DNA from: Phaeosaccion multiseriatum
Taxonomy: Eukaryota; Protista; Ochrophyta, other classes
Direction of reading: 5' to 3'
Assembly (NCBI GenBank): GCA_965112735.1
Contig: OZ218950.1
Coordinates: 1,426,001 to 1,490,000, forward strand
Length of the DNA: 64,000 bases
Part shown: piece after piece, positions 1-13,604 of the stretch
Position numbering within the stretch: position 1 is the first letter of the stretch
Layout of the letters: each line of letters starts with the position of its first letter
The notes under the pieces: generated by a model
What the model was told of the DNA's origin: nothing
Databases searched by the model: none
What the model saw: only the letters and a program-made list of their open reading frames with translations
Position numbers and translations under genes: made by a program

Positions 1-3000
1 ACGAGGAGGTCCCTATGTCAGTGAGCAAATGTCGTCAGAGGGCCTGCGGCTGTGCCACAGTCGAGCAGATCATTCCTACCCCCATCCACTGCCATCTCTC
101 ACTCCAACCTCGTCCACTGCCGTCCTTAACTCCCGCCCCTTCAACTCTCATCCACTGTCATCCACTGCCATCCACTGCCATCCACTGCCATCCACTGCCA
201 TCCCCCCCATCCCTCCCATCCCTTCCATCACTCCCACCCCATCCACACACGCACCTCCATCTGCCTGCCCCGAGCCGAGCACGAGCAGCAGCAGCAGCGC
301 CGTCTCATGCAGTGCAATGTCTCGATAGAGCGGAATGGCAGAGCGGCGATGGGCGGCGTAGTGCTGCTTCATCACTACTGTATCCCCAACTGCTGCATAC
401 CCCTTCTCCTCCTCCTCCTCCTCCTCCTCCTCCTGCTCCTCTTCCTCCTCTTCCTCCTCCTCCTCCTCCTCCTCCTCCTCCTCCTGATCCTCCTCCTCCT
501 CCTCCGCCCCCTGCTCCCACTGCTGCTGCTGCTGCTGCTGTTGCTGCTGCTCCAGCCTCCTCTGCTGCCGCTGAGCAAGGCGATAGGAAGTGACTTCCGC
601 TGGTGGAAGATCCTTCGGGGAAGGAGGCACCGAAGGTGGAGGGGGCTTTTCCTGGCGACGACGACCTCCTGCACCGATATCACCATCATCACCACCACAA
701 CCACCACTGTCAGTTACCTTGACTGGTTTGATGCCCTCCTCACTTTCACTATGGGCAGGAGCAGCAGCACCACCAGCAGCAGCAGCAGCAGCAGTTGGTG
801 ATACAGCAGCAGCGGCAGTGGGCTCGAGTGACTCATCCAGCAGCGAGCCCTGCGAGGAGTATGCATACAAGCGACAGTTGGCCCCGACGCTGCTGCCCCT
901 GTCACTGCTGCTCGGCGCATCGCTATCCGACGACAGCAGCTGCACTGAGGCACCCAAGGCCCCGCTGGACTCCCCTTCACCCCCCCCAGGCGTCCCTTTT
1001 GCTTCGGCTACAGCTCCTGCTGCTCCCACGGCTTGCCCTTCTTCTCCTCCTCCTCCCCCTCCCAACAACCCCAACGAGGGAGCGGAGAAAGACAAGGAGG
1101 ACTGAAGCAGCAGCCGCGGAGAGGAAGAGGAGAAGTCGAACCCCCCCCCCTGCCCCCGCCGATACGCCTGCCCCTGCCCATTCACTGCCATCCCCTGTCC
1201 CCCCTGCTGGAAGTGCGGGCTCTGAAGGTTCATTCTTGGTAGAGAGGTCGTGGCACGAAAGGAGTCAGCGCTTGGTGTGGACTGGATCACGGGCACAATG
1301 TCGAAGCAGCACTCGCTGTCACTGTCATCATCATCATCATCACCACCATCATCACCATCATCATCACTGGATCTACTTCCATCGTCGCTGCATCCACTGC
1401 CATCGCTCTCTCTGCTGTCTCGACTGTCATCATGACGGTTATTGCTGTTGCCGTCTCTGTCACCCTCATCAACACCCTCATCATCATCGACGGCATGCTG
1501 CCGCTCCTCGTGCTGCTGTTGCTGCTGCTGCTGCTTCTTCACGTGTTGGTAATCATCTTCCTCCCCGTCCTCCTCCTCCTCCTCCTCCTCCTCCTCGTCA
1601 TCCTTCCGACTGTGCTCCACCAAGGTCTTGGCGCTGACGCTGCCTCCGCTACCGACCTGTGCGTGTTGGATGCTGCGCGAAGTGCTCATCATCATCAAGT
1701 TGGGCATCTCCTGCCCTCCCAAGTCGGCCGAGCTGGGCGTGTGCAGGTGGAGGGGCGCTTCGCACGCTGCTACGGCCACCTCGGATAGCCCCCCCGGGAC
1801 AGCAGCAACAACATCAGCAACAGCAGGAGCAGCAGTTGGTGACGCCCCAGCAGTTCGTGATACAGCAGGAGCAGCAGCAGCAGCAGCAGCAGCGTCTCTG
1901 CCCACCTCCGACCCGCCATCTGTGACACCGCCATCTGTGAGTCCGCCGCTTGACGTACCCATATTCATGCTTGTGCTCATACTCATCGTCACACTGCTCC
2001 TGGGACTGCTTCGGGCGGTGCTGCGAGAGGTCGAGCGTGCGGTGAGGCGAGCGGTGCCTCGGGCAGTGGAGAGGAGGGGGGGCGGCACCAGCCCAGTGCC
2101 AGGGGAAGGGCAAGGGGCTTTATCACCAACTTCTCCTTCTGCTCTTGCCCCTTCTCCTTCCGGCAAGGAAATGACCGGAGAAGGGGCAAGGGCCAGGGCA
2201 AGGGCAGGGGCAAGAGTAGGACCCGCTCCTCCTATTCCTCCTTGTGCTGCTGCTCCTCCTCCTCCTCCTCCTCCTCCTCCTCCTCCTCCTCCTCCTCCTC
2301 CTCCTCCTCGTGCTCCCGGCAAGGTGATGCCAGTGGAAGGGGCTGTATTACCAACTGCTCCTCCTGGCAAGGTCATGGCAGAGCCGACGATGCGAGAGCG
2401 ACGCTTGCGAGGGCGGACTTGAGCGAGGGTGATGGAGGGGTCTTGGTCACCGTCATCGAACTGAATGGGGGGGGGGGCGAGAGAAGGGAGGGAGAGAGGG
2501 AGATTGAGACATCCAAGGACGGAGGCAGAAAAGCGGACATAGGGAGGGAGGGAGGGAAGTAGACCTGCGAGGTTAACGCTCTTCGCATGACACAAAGGCA
2601 ACGGAGGTAGAAACAGCGCGGCTTGCACCCGCTTGCCTTTAACCTCTCTCCGCCTTGCTCCTGCTGTATCACCAACTTCTGATGCTCAAGGAGGACTCAC
2701 TCACCTTCACGGAGAAGGTGGGTTGTCCATCGGCCGCGGAGAGATGGCAGTCGACGGGCTTGGAAGAGCGGGGGGGGGAAGAGGGGGAGGAAGGGGGAGA
2801 CGAGGAGGAGGAGGAGGAGGAGGTGGAGGGATGGCAGTGGATGGCTTGAATGGTGCCCGGAAACCACCTCGTTTTGCCGGTCTTGGTCACGAAGGCAGCG
2901 TCTACCTCCTGCCCCACCTCATACGTAGCACAGGCATATGGTGCCGGGCCTGTGACTGGTGCTGCCGCTGTATCACCCACACCTGCACTTGTTGCACTCG

Positions 3001-5045
3001 TGTTTGCGATAGGAGCCGCAAGGGCGCCTTTCTCTTCCTGGGCGCCGGTGCCGCTACTACTCCTCTTGTAACCCCTTGACATACTGTCTGTGCCAATCGT
3101 CGTCCTCTTTGCCCCCCCCTCCCAATCCGCAACCTCAGCCAAACCCCTCCCTGCGCTCTCAGCTCTCTCCGCTGCATTCGCATCAGAGGCTGCTACTGCT
3201 GCTGCTGTATCACCAACTGCTACTCCTCCTCCTGCTGCTGCTGCTGCTGCTGCTGCTCTATCATTATCCGCTGTACCGTCGCTGCGCTCCCCTCTCCTCG
3301 CCGCTGTCGAAATGGGCTGGGAGGGCACGATGGCCGCTGGTACGACACCAACAGCACCAGTTGGAGATGTAGCACGGCTACCATTGCCATCACCACCACC
3401 ACCACCACCGTCGCCGCCGCCACCAGCAGCCGATAAATCGACTCCCCCACCGCTGCCTCTTGCTCCTGCGAGTCTATCATATGCACCCTCTGGTGCCATC
3501 TGTGCTCCTGTCGACATGACCACACCCCCTCGGGACTTGCTTTTACTGCGCCCCCTTCTCTTTGCCTCTCTCGTTGTTCTCTTGATCTTGTCCTCGCTCC
3601 GCCTACAATCGTCCCTCGCATCATGCTGCTGCTGTACCACCAACGGCTGCTGCTGCTGCTGCTGTATCACCAACTGCTGAGCCAGCGACATGTCCCTGAT
3701 GCGCCTCTCCTCTCCGATCTCTTGGCCCAGGAAGTGGCACACACGCAAGTCGAAGAGACGCTGTCCCACCAGAGGGTTCGACAGCTGGGATAGGGCTGTG
3801 CAGCAGTTGGTGATACATCAGTGGACGGGAGGTGGTCACACGCCAGTTGGTGGTACATTTAGTGATACAGCAGAACTTGGTCATACAACAGTTGGCAAGA
3901 GGGAAGGCGTAAAGGACACATTTACGGCGGCACGAGTGGATAGACTCTTCCTTGACTTATACACATGGCACGCACGCGCACACGCAGGCACCCACACACG
4001 CCCCTGTCATTGACTTACCCAGTAGCACGCGAAGATGACCTCGACAGAGCTCAGCGTCGTCGACGGCCTCAGAAGAAGAAGACGAAGGTTCATCATCATC
4101 ACCAACAGCCACGCGTTGTGATTGTTGCGGTGTTTTTGCTAGGCGCCGTTGGTCCCTCCGGTAGAGGCGTAAGAAGGCAAGGTAGTGAGGGGGGACGTGC
4201 AGCTCAGGGCACACGGGCGAAGAGGAGGGCGAGGGCCGCTCCGCTCCCTCCTCCTCCTCCTCCTCCTCCTCCTCTCCTACCCCGGCTCGGATATCTCCCC
4301 CTCCAGTGAGGGTGGCCCGCCGTTTGGCTCCTGCTACTCGTCCCCACAGAAGGAAGAAACGCTCGCTAAGATGCAAGAAGCCGTGCAGCAGCAAGCGATG
4401 GATCCCCGTTTGCCCCTCCTCCTCCTCGCCCTCCTCCTCCCCCTCCTCCTCCCCCTCCCCCTCCTCCTCCTCCACCTCCCCCTCGTCCTCCATCCCAGCG
4501 CCCCTCCCTCCTTGCTGACGGCGTGGTGGGGCTGTATCACCAACCCGTGCTGCGCCACCCCCCCCGTTCCCACCACCACCGCTGCTGCTACTGCTGCTGC
4601 TGTCGCCCCCCCGTAGTCGTCTTGCCCCCTCGGGTCTCCTCCTTCCCCCCCTGGATCGTCTCCGTTGTCCGACGACGCGTAGCACACACCCCTCCTGCTG
4701 GAAGAGAGGCAAACACGCGGAGAGCACCCCTCGAATGGCCTGGGCTGAAGCGGACCCATATACGTCTCCTCCTCCCTGCCCATATGCCCGTTCTACTCCC
4801 TGCCCATATGCCTCTCCTCCCTGTCCTCCTCCTCTTCTATGACCGGCATTCCCACCTCCAACCCCACACCTCCTCTCCCAGAGCAGTTCGCATCGTTGCA
4901 ACATGGCGCCCAAGCAAGACAGCAACTCCATACACAACGACCGCAGGAGAGGAGGAGGAGGAGCACAAGTACTTGAACGGGTGGGACTATTAGGACCAAG
5001 AGGAGTAGGTGAAGGTTTCCATGATGATGATGGTGATGATGATGG

Positions 5046-5107
<62 letters not shown>

Positions 5108-6402
5108 GCACACCTCCTTCTCCTGGTCCTGATCCCTTATGCATCACCGACGGTAAGGGCGTCAACAACAACGCCAGCCACGTAAGGAGTGCGACAAGAG
5201 AGTGAACCGCGCCGATCTCGGGGGTAGCGAGGTCCGTGAGAAGTGAGACGGCGTGGTGCTCCTGCCAGTTGTGAGTGTTCCATGAGGAGGGGCTTTGGAG
5301 CACCATAGAGAGGGCCCTGCGGTGGTGGTAGGGACAGTGGGTAGGGAGGGAGGGGAGGGAGGGGAGGGAGGGGAGGGAGGGGAGAGAGGGGAGAGAGGGG
5401 AGGGAGGGGAGGGAGGGGAGGGAGTGGAGGGAGGGGAGGGAAGGGAGGGAGGGGAGGGAGGGGAGGGAGGGGAGGGAGGGGAGGGAGGGGAGGGAGGGGA
5501 GGGAGGGGGGGAGGGGGGGGGGGAAGGGAGGGGAGGGAGGGGAGGGAGGGGAGAGAGGGGAGAGAGGGGAGAGAGGGGAGAGAGGGGAGGGAGGGGAGGG
5601 GGAGAGGGAGCGGGATAAGAATGGCAGACTAGACTAGACGCAACTGATGACGACTACATCACCACAGCCACCACTGACACCCACCCACCACATCTCAGCA
5701 GCTCTCGGGCGTGTCGATGTCGATCAGTTCCATATTTAATCGGCAATCAGGTGAAACTGAGATCACCCCTCGCTCCACCTACCTCAGTAGCTCTAGGACG
5801 AAGGGGATCCTCACGGCCATCATCGCGGCGCTAAAGTGCATTGCTGCAGCAGTTGGTGAAACAGAGTGACTTTTCACGTCACCACTGCCGCTGTAGGCAC
5901 CCTCCTCTTCCTCCTTTTCCTCCTCCACGCCCGCCCCTGCCCCCTCCTCTCTCTGCTTCTCCTTTTGCTGCTTCTCCTCCTCCAGTTCTCCCTCCTCCTG
6001 CGCCCCCCCTTCTCGCCTCGCCACCACTGGCACTGGTCGACAGCACGGCACGAGCAGCGCCAACAGAGCCCGGCCTATTGTGTCTACAGTCCAATCCCAG
6101 TCATCGCCATTGGTGATGCTCATGTTGTTGTCATCTGCTACGCACTCGCCCCCACCAACACGTGGAGTAGCAGCAGCAGCAGCAGGAGGAGCAGTAGCGC
6201 CAACCGCTGAAGTAGCAGTGGGTGATACAGCAGCAGCCAACTGCAAAACCTCCCGCAGCAGGCCAGCTAGCAGGGTCTGTTCACAGAGCACTTGACTGCT
6301 CGCTTCAAGGCGGCGGAGTACCAACATGGCCGCAGCCGTTGTCGTCTCTGTGACCCCTTGCTGTGCTCCTCCTTTTTCTGCTGCTCCCGCAAATACTGAT
6401 GC

Positions 6403-6497
<95 letters not shown>

Positions 6498-9400
6498 CTG
6501 ATGATGATGATGATGATGATGATAGCACTGACGCAGACGGAGGCTGCCCCACGCCCCGGCGAGTGTCGCTCTCCCTTCGTACCAGTGCTGCCCATGTCGT
6601 AAGCAGACCCATCTTCACCGTCTCTGGAGAGAGCCCCACCAGGCCCCGCTCTAACATGGCAGTTGGTGATACAGGAGCAGCACACCCTTCGCCCTCGTGC
6701 CCCTCCTGCTGCCCCTGCCCGCCCTGCTGGCCTCTCTTCTCCCCCCTCTCGCCCCCCTCCCCCTCGAGCAAGCCTTGCTCGACCTGTTCGGCCCACGCAC
6801 GGCAAAGCCTCTCTCTGACGAGAGCACTCGCTTCATCCATGGTGACGTCTGCTCCTGCTCCTTCCCCCAAGAGCACCAACGCCTTCCGCGCAGATGGCAA
6901 CCAATGCCAACACGGCACAAACTTAGCGACTTTCTCATGTTCTTCAGCTTGCTCTCCTCCACCTAGCCGCAGTTTCTCCTCCTCCCCTCCCCTTCCTTCC
7001 CCTCCTTCTCCCCCTTCTTCTTCCCTACCATTGTTTTGGACTATCCTTCCTGCGCTGCATTGCTTCGCGAGGGCAAAGGCCCACGACAGCGCAGACACCC
7101 TCCCTCTTGTCTTCGCTACAGGAAGGGCCTTGAACCCCTTCTTCTTCTTCTCCTCCTCCTTCTCCTCCTCCTCCTCCTCCTCCTCCTCCTCTCCCTCGTG
7201 ATCCTCCTCCTCCGTCTCCTCCCTTTCCCTTCTCCTCCTCTTCATCGCTTCCTTTCCTTCCCTTTCGCCGGCTGATGACGGGACACTCTGCCCCTGAGCT
7301 GACGGCTGATGATATGTTTCCGTGTCGTCATTACTCACCAGTGCAGATCGTTCGTGTGCAATCACACCCCACAGATCGGTCATGGTGAAGCTTTGGCCGA
7401 GTCTGCACAGCACACACACACACACGTACGCGCACACACATATACACACAGTGGCGTTGTTCCGCGGGTAAGCTCACAGCTGCGCTGAATGAGCAAATGG
7501 AAACACAAACTCAAACCACACGCGCACCCGCCCACATATCACAGATCCTGACACCCGCTTCTACCCACTTCCCCACTACACACCTTCGAGCGGCGTCATC
7601 CAATCGAGCAGTGGCAGTGAGAGTGGTCAGAGGCCGGGCATGTGACTGGGACTGCATCACCAACCGCTGGGGCTGGGGTTGGAGCTGCCCTGATCGCTCC
7701 TGAGGCTCACGCACACACGAAGCAGAAGCTGTCGCGGCAACAGCAGTTGGTGATACAGCAGTAGCAACAGCAGCAGTGGTAGCAGTAGCGCTTGGGCTTA
7801 CATGACTCCCCAGATGACTGCGACTGCTGCTGCTGGTGTCAGGACTGCCAAAGAAGTGCGAAGACTGCTGCCCTTGGCCTTGACCAACGCCGCCCTGGTG
7901 TACGACCAATGGCTGCACTTGCTGCTGACCCTGGCCCTGTCCCTGTCCCTGCCCCAGACGATGATGCCTGTCGTCCGCCCCCCCCACCCTCGCCGGCGCC
8001 GGACTGAGGCTCCGCTCAAAGCGCCGAGAGTCTCGAGTAGTGAAGGAAGCAGGGGTCAGCAACAAGCCGCTCGTTGGTGTCAGGACTCTCACCAAGGACG
8101 AAGGGGAATGGCTTAGGCACAGGCCTGCGCTGCGGCCGCTGGCCAAACTCCGGAGACCCATGACGCTTCTCGACGAAAATCCTCCTCCTCCTCCCCCTCC
8201 TCCTCCTGCTGCTGCTGCTGCTCGCCCTTCGCTTCTCCCTCTCGCCCCCGAAGAGTTGCCCCCTCCTGCCCAGGTCTTCATCAATCGGTCTCCGCCCCCC
8301 CCCGTCGTGCTACCCTCGCCTCCTCCTCGACTCGGATACACTCCTCCTTCTCCTGCCCGAGCGCTGGTCGGGAGATGCAGACTCAGGCAGGGCCGCTTGG
8401 GTGCCGCTCCTACCCCTCCTTGGGCACCCTCCCCCAACTTAGTGGAGGAGGAGAGGCCCAACTTGTTGAGGCGTAGCAGGGGAATGACGCACGGGCGAGG
8501 TGAGGGCGAAGCGGAAGCGTAGTATGACACCACATGCCCACCCAGGGCAGTTGGTGATACAGCAGCTGATGATACAGCAGTTGGTGATACAGCATCGTAC
8601 TCCTCCTCCTGGTGCTCCTCCTCACCATCACCACTCTGCGTTGTGTCCTTGTGCGTGTGCGGCGTGCCCACAGGCGAGTGCGACGCATGACGCAAGACGC
8701 GCATGGTGGACGGCACAGAAGACGCGCACACAGATAGCGCAGAGCCGCCCTGCTCCTCTTCTTCCCTTGACATGACCATACCTGGAGCGAAGAGGGAGGG
8801 TAGCATGTCGTCGCTGAGCATGCCTGTACCCATATCCAGAACACTCACTCCATCGACTTCACATGTCGCCCTGTCTCTGTCTCTACCTCTCTCTATGCCT
8901 CCTCCCCCTCCTCTGGGCCCCGTTGCTTCCTCCACAGGCAGGATCCCTAGTCCGTGCGCAATGACATTGGCCGGCCAGTGACAAGGAGCAGCCGTCCTTC
9001 TGCTCTTCCTCTTTCCCTTCTTCTTTCTCTTCCGTTTGGCTCCGGTCCCCCCCTTTCGCCTCCCTTCCTCTTCCCCTTCCTCTTCCTCCTCCTGCTGCTC
9101 CTCCTCCTGCTCCTGCTCCTCCTCCTGCTGCTGCTGCTGCTGCTGCTGCTGTATCACCAATTGTTGCTGTCCTGGCGCAGCACTTGTCAGGAGTAATGTT
9201 GACATACTGGTGGTTCGGGTTTTCGGTGAGCGTCGCCAGCAAGGGGCAGGGCCCAGAGGCCGGAGCAGTTCCTCATGAATCACTTCGTGAAGCGCCTCGA
9301 GAGCCCCGCTCTGCAGCAAGAATGCGACGATGGAGTCCCTTCCTCGTCTTCTTCTTCCCTCATTCACTGCCATCCGCATCTTAACTCCCGCCCGTCTCTG

Positions 9401-10196
9401 GTCACCATCTGCCCCCCCCTCCTGCTCCTCCTCCTGCTCCTCCTGCTCCTGCTCCTGCTCCTCCTCCTCCCCCCCCCCCTCCTCTTCCTTCTCCTCCTTC
9501 TCCTCCGCCTCCTTCTCCTCCCCCATCCCCTCGTCCTGCCCCTCATCTCCATCGTCGTGTATGTCGTATGTATCATCGTCTCGCTGCAGGAGAGCGGCCA
9601 ATGCGACGGACATATCCCAGCGGGGAAGGGCCTTCAAGCACGCCCACCACATGTCCAATGCCTCTCTCACCCCCTCCGGAGTTGCCCCCTCGGAGATTGC
9701 CCCCTCGGAGATTGCCCCCTTGGGGGATGCCCGCTCGGGGATGCCCCCCTCAGAGGTTGCCCGCACCTGGAGCTCCCAGCACCGGACCAGAAGCAGACGA
9801 CAGCAGCGTGCCTGGCCTTGGCTTCTGGCCTGTCCGCTTTCATCCTCCGCATCTAGCAACTGCTGTAAGAGCCGCCGCAAGACTGCTTCACTCCGGCACC
9901 ACGCCAACACGGCGCTGGTCGGGGCAAGTAGTACGGCTTGGGGTGTGTTGGGAAGGGCCAGAGACCCAAGCTGCTGAGGAGCGTCGCCGTTACCGTCCCG
10001 CCCCTCTTGGAGGACACTGCAGCTCCCCCCTTCAGCTGCACCAGTTGGTGAGACGGCAGTTCCACCACCGACGACGACAGGCCCACCGCGGAAACCCTTG
10101 GAGGTAGCTGTGATCACCTGAGCTGGTGCTGTATCACCACTTGATGCGGGTAGAGTAGACGTGTCCTCCACGCGACTCTTACCCCTCCTCCTCCTC

Positions 10197-10256
<60 letters not shown>

Positions 10257-10606
10257 TTGGTGTCAGGACTGCCGCTGCTCTTGAGAGCGCTCTCAATGGG
10301 TAGCACCCTACTCGAGGACAAGAGTCGTGCGGTGCGCCTGCGCTTCCCTCCTCCCCTTCCCCCCCCCCTTGGTCCTCCTCTTGGCGTGCGTCTTTCACCA
10401 CCACCACTCTCCTCCTCCTCCTCCTCCTCCTCCTTCTCAACCCTGCCTGCGGAGAGAACTTCGAGCAGTATCGGGTGGTGCCACCGTCCATCATCATCAC
10501 CAGCAGCAGTTGGTGATACAGCAACAGCAGGAGTAGCAGTAGCCAGACCAACGCGAGAGTCGGTAGAGTAGCAGGAGGGTAAGAGGGTGGTGTATCCAGC
10601 ACATGA

Positions 10607-10647
<41 letters not shown>

Positions 10648-10827
10648 ATGATGATGAGTGTGAGTCTGCACGGCAGTGGTGAGAAATACTTGGGCTCTTC
10701 CAGCGGAGGCGAAGAAAGTCAATCTCACGAGGAGGGCCTGGGTCTGGTCCCCTCCCGGTCTCTCTCTGCGAGCGCTCCTTCTGTCTCTTGGCTATTGCCC
10801 CCCACCCCCCACCCCACCCCCTCCTCG

Positions 10828-10868
<41 letters not shown>

Positions 10869-12988
10869 TCCTTCTCCTGCTGTATCACCAACTGCCGCTC
10901 CTGCTCACTGTCTCCTACTCGCGCGTCCCTGTCGCCTGTTCCTCCCTCGCCTCCCACCCCCCCTGCTTCTCGCCCCCTCGCCGCCCTCTCCTGATCCTCA
11001 CTTTCCTGTGGTGATGGTGGCAACCGCAGCAGCCTCTCTCGCTTCTCCACAAGCCACGCCGTGCGAAACTCATACTCACCGGCGCTGCTGCTGCTGCTGC
11101 CGCTGGTGGTGGTGGTGGTGGTGTTGCGGTTACTGCTCCTGTCAATCTGGGCTGAAAGATGGGCCACCGTGCCCCACAAACATCTGTCTCGTCTCCCTCC
11201 TCCTTCTCCTCCACCTCCACCCCCTTCCCTGTTGCTGTCCTCCAATGTGGCACTGTACACAGTGAGCCCCGTGGAGTGTAATCGTGTAGTGTAAAGGAGG
11301 GATGCTTCCTCCTGTCCTCCTCCTCCTCCTCCTCCTCCTCCTCCTCCTCCTCCTCCTCCTGTAGCTAACCTTCCCTCTTCTTGTTGTCGTTGTTGTCGCG
11401 GCGGATCCAGGGAGAGCGGAAGCAGGCCGCACAGGATATCTTTCACATCCTCCTCTTGAGCACAAGCGGTGGTGGTGGCAGCCCCAGCTACAGCCCCCTC
11501 TTTGTTGTCACCACCTATCCCACTTGGGAGGGAGAGTGGACCCAACTTCTCCAACGCCCTTTGCAGGCAGACCAGAGGAGGCACTGCTGTACCACCAACT
11601 GTCGATGCTGTACCGACGTCCACATCAAGAAGGGACAGCAGACACTCGAAGAGTCCCCTCGGTAGGTACCAGCGCTCGACGGCATCAGGTGGGTTGCTGC
11701 AAGAAGCTTCGCTGCCCTCGGCCTCGTCATCCTCTCTCCCCATCTCCTCCCTTCCCTCCACCTCCTGCTGCTGCTTCTGGTCCTTCTCCTCCTCCTCCTC
11801 CTCCGCCTTCTCTTCCTTCCCCTTCCCCCTGTCCCTCTCGCCACTTAGCCCATTGCCACCGCCATCCTTGGTGTGTCCATCCCTCTCGTCGCTGCTGTCT
11901 CTCCAAAGTAGAGACTGTAAATCTGCTGCGAAGGGTATCTGCATGAAAAGTGGTCGTCTCCTGTCGCTATTGCTGCTACTGCTGCTGCTACGTCTCGCTG
12001 AAGTACCACTACCACCACATGCAGCACTGCTGTCGCCCGCCTTCCCACTACTCTCCATCCCCTCTTGGCCCAATCTCAAGCAAAGTAAGAGTAAGGGAGG
12101 TGGACACGTCGGCCCCAACGCCAACGGAGAAGAGGGTAGGGAGCGAGTAGCTCTGCGTGAAGAAAGCCTCCTGAAAAGGCGTCCTGTGAGTGATCGGCCT
12201 TTTCTGCCAGCAGCCTGGGACGCCGCATCAGCACTCGTATCTGGGAGCTTCCCCTCGTTCGTCGCGCTGAAGCCGCCTCCTCCTCGTCCTTCCCCTGGCA
12301 CGGCTTGTATGCCCCGCTTGTGTCCCTCCCCAGCCCTCTCCTCCACCACCTGGTCTTTGCATGTTGATGCTGTTGCTGCTGCTGCTGCTGCCGCATCCAC
12401 GTTAGACAAACCTGTCTTCCAGGCCTTCTCCTCTTCTTCTTCTTCCTCCTCCTCCTCCTCCTCCTCCTCCTCCTCCTCCTCCTCCTTCTCCTCGACCTCC
12501 TCCTCCTCCTCCTCCTCCTCCTCCTCAAAAGGCCTCGGCTCCGCAAGAAGGGCGAGAAATCCGGGTTGAAGGCCGTCGCTGCAAGACAGTGGATTCTCAG
12601 AGCAGTACTTCGTTAATGCCTCTCCATCGCGCACCACCAGAAGCGGTAAAGAGGTCATGAGGGCGACGTGATCTCTCTCCTGCACCTGTTCCACCGCCTC
12701 TTTGGAAGTACGTTCGGCAGCAGGGGCAATAGAGAGAGCTGCAGCCTCGTTCGAGTGTCTCGATACGAAGGATCGAGGACTATATGTCGCCTCCAGTCTA
12801 TACTTGGCCCACGAGCCTCTGCTGGCGCGCAGAGAGAGGCGAGACGCCTTCTTCTTGACGGCATCGAGCAGAGCTTTAGGGCGACCGCTAGTGGTGCTGC
12901 TACTGATGCCACCCGCAGCACTACCGGGTCTCGATCCTGGGAGCAGAACCCCGTTGAATACCAACAAGCCTTGCTGCTTGCCCTCCAT
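1..12988 (-). CDS. Very large multi-exon low-complexity protein with a Tudor-like domain; 3' end lies beyond the window start (could be more than one gene)
   Basis: Long minus-strand ORFs are joined by canonical GT-AG introns. Approximate exons: 12988-7584, 7402-5783, 5316-4019, 3784-2705, 2460-255, 43-<1. The first in-frame ATG is at 12988 (MEGKQQGLLVFNG). A Tudor-like motif spans the intron at 2704-2461: YEVGQEVDAAF..RWFPGTIQAIH..TFSVK|FDDGDQD..ITLAQVRP. The rest is poly-E/Q/S/G/A tracts with short helical islands. Confidence 0.65.
149..205. repeat. Tandem decamer array (TCCACTGCCA)x~5 in an intron
   Basis: tccactgtca tccactgcca tccactgcca tccactgcca tccactgcca read directly. Confidence 0.9.
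5345..5612. repeat. Purine-only (GGGAGGGAG-type) minisatellite in an intron of the left gene
   Basis: About 270 bp of G/A only, with ~9-bp periodicity. Confidence 0.85.
9675..9765 (-). repeat. 15-bp coding tandem repeat (GAISE-like peptide, ~6 degenerate units)
   Basis: gttgccccctcggaga-type units encode GGIPERASPKGAISEGAISEGATPEG. Confidence 0.7.
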
Positions 12989-13114
12989 CTTTACTTCCGT
13001 GTGATACGATACGCCGCCGAGCCAACCGCCCGAGAGGGGACTGAAACTGAAACTGGTTTTGCCCAAATTGTTGTCGCAAATCGGCCGGCTCACGCGAAGG
13101 GAAGCACGTCTGCC
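12989..13114. promoter_or_regulatory. Putative bidirectional promoter (about 126 bp between divergent start codons)
   Basis: Divergent ATGs at 12988(-) and 13115(+); inferred from geometry only. Confidence 0.5.
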
Positions 13115-13548
13115 ATGATGTGGCCTCTGCCACTGCTGTTGCTCTCGCTGGTGGTGCCTTCCTTTGGCTTTCTATCCATCCCCGCCCTCTCCACGTCTGC
13201 TGCGCTGGCGTGGAAGCAGGACCGCCAGGGAGGAGGCAAGCTTTGCCCCCTCTCTCTTTCCTCCTCCTCCTCCTCCTCCTCCTCCTCCTCCTCCGCTCAT
13301 AGCAGGCGGAGATTCGTATCAGAGGCAGCTGTGGTTGTGGCAGGCGTGGTCACGGCTGGAAGCCTTACAAGCAGCGGTGGAGGAGGAGGCAAAAGTGGCT
13401 GTAGAGCTTTTGCAGAGGCGGCCGAAAACTATGTGGCCTACACTGCCGCAGACGGAAGCTACACATTCGAGGTGCCAGAGGGCTTCAAAAGCTTCAGAAA
13501 GGTGAGCCGAGGAGTGTCAGTTTAATCAGTCCAGGCTTTCTCTGTGTG

Positions 13549-13604
<56 letters not shown>

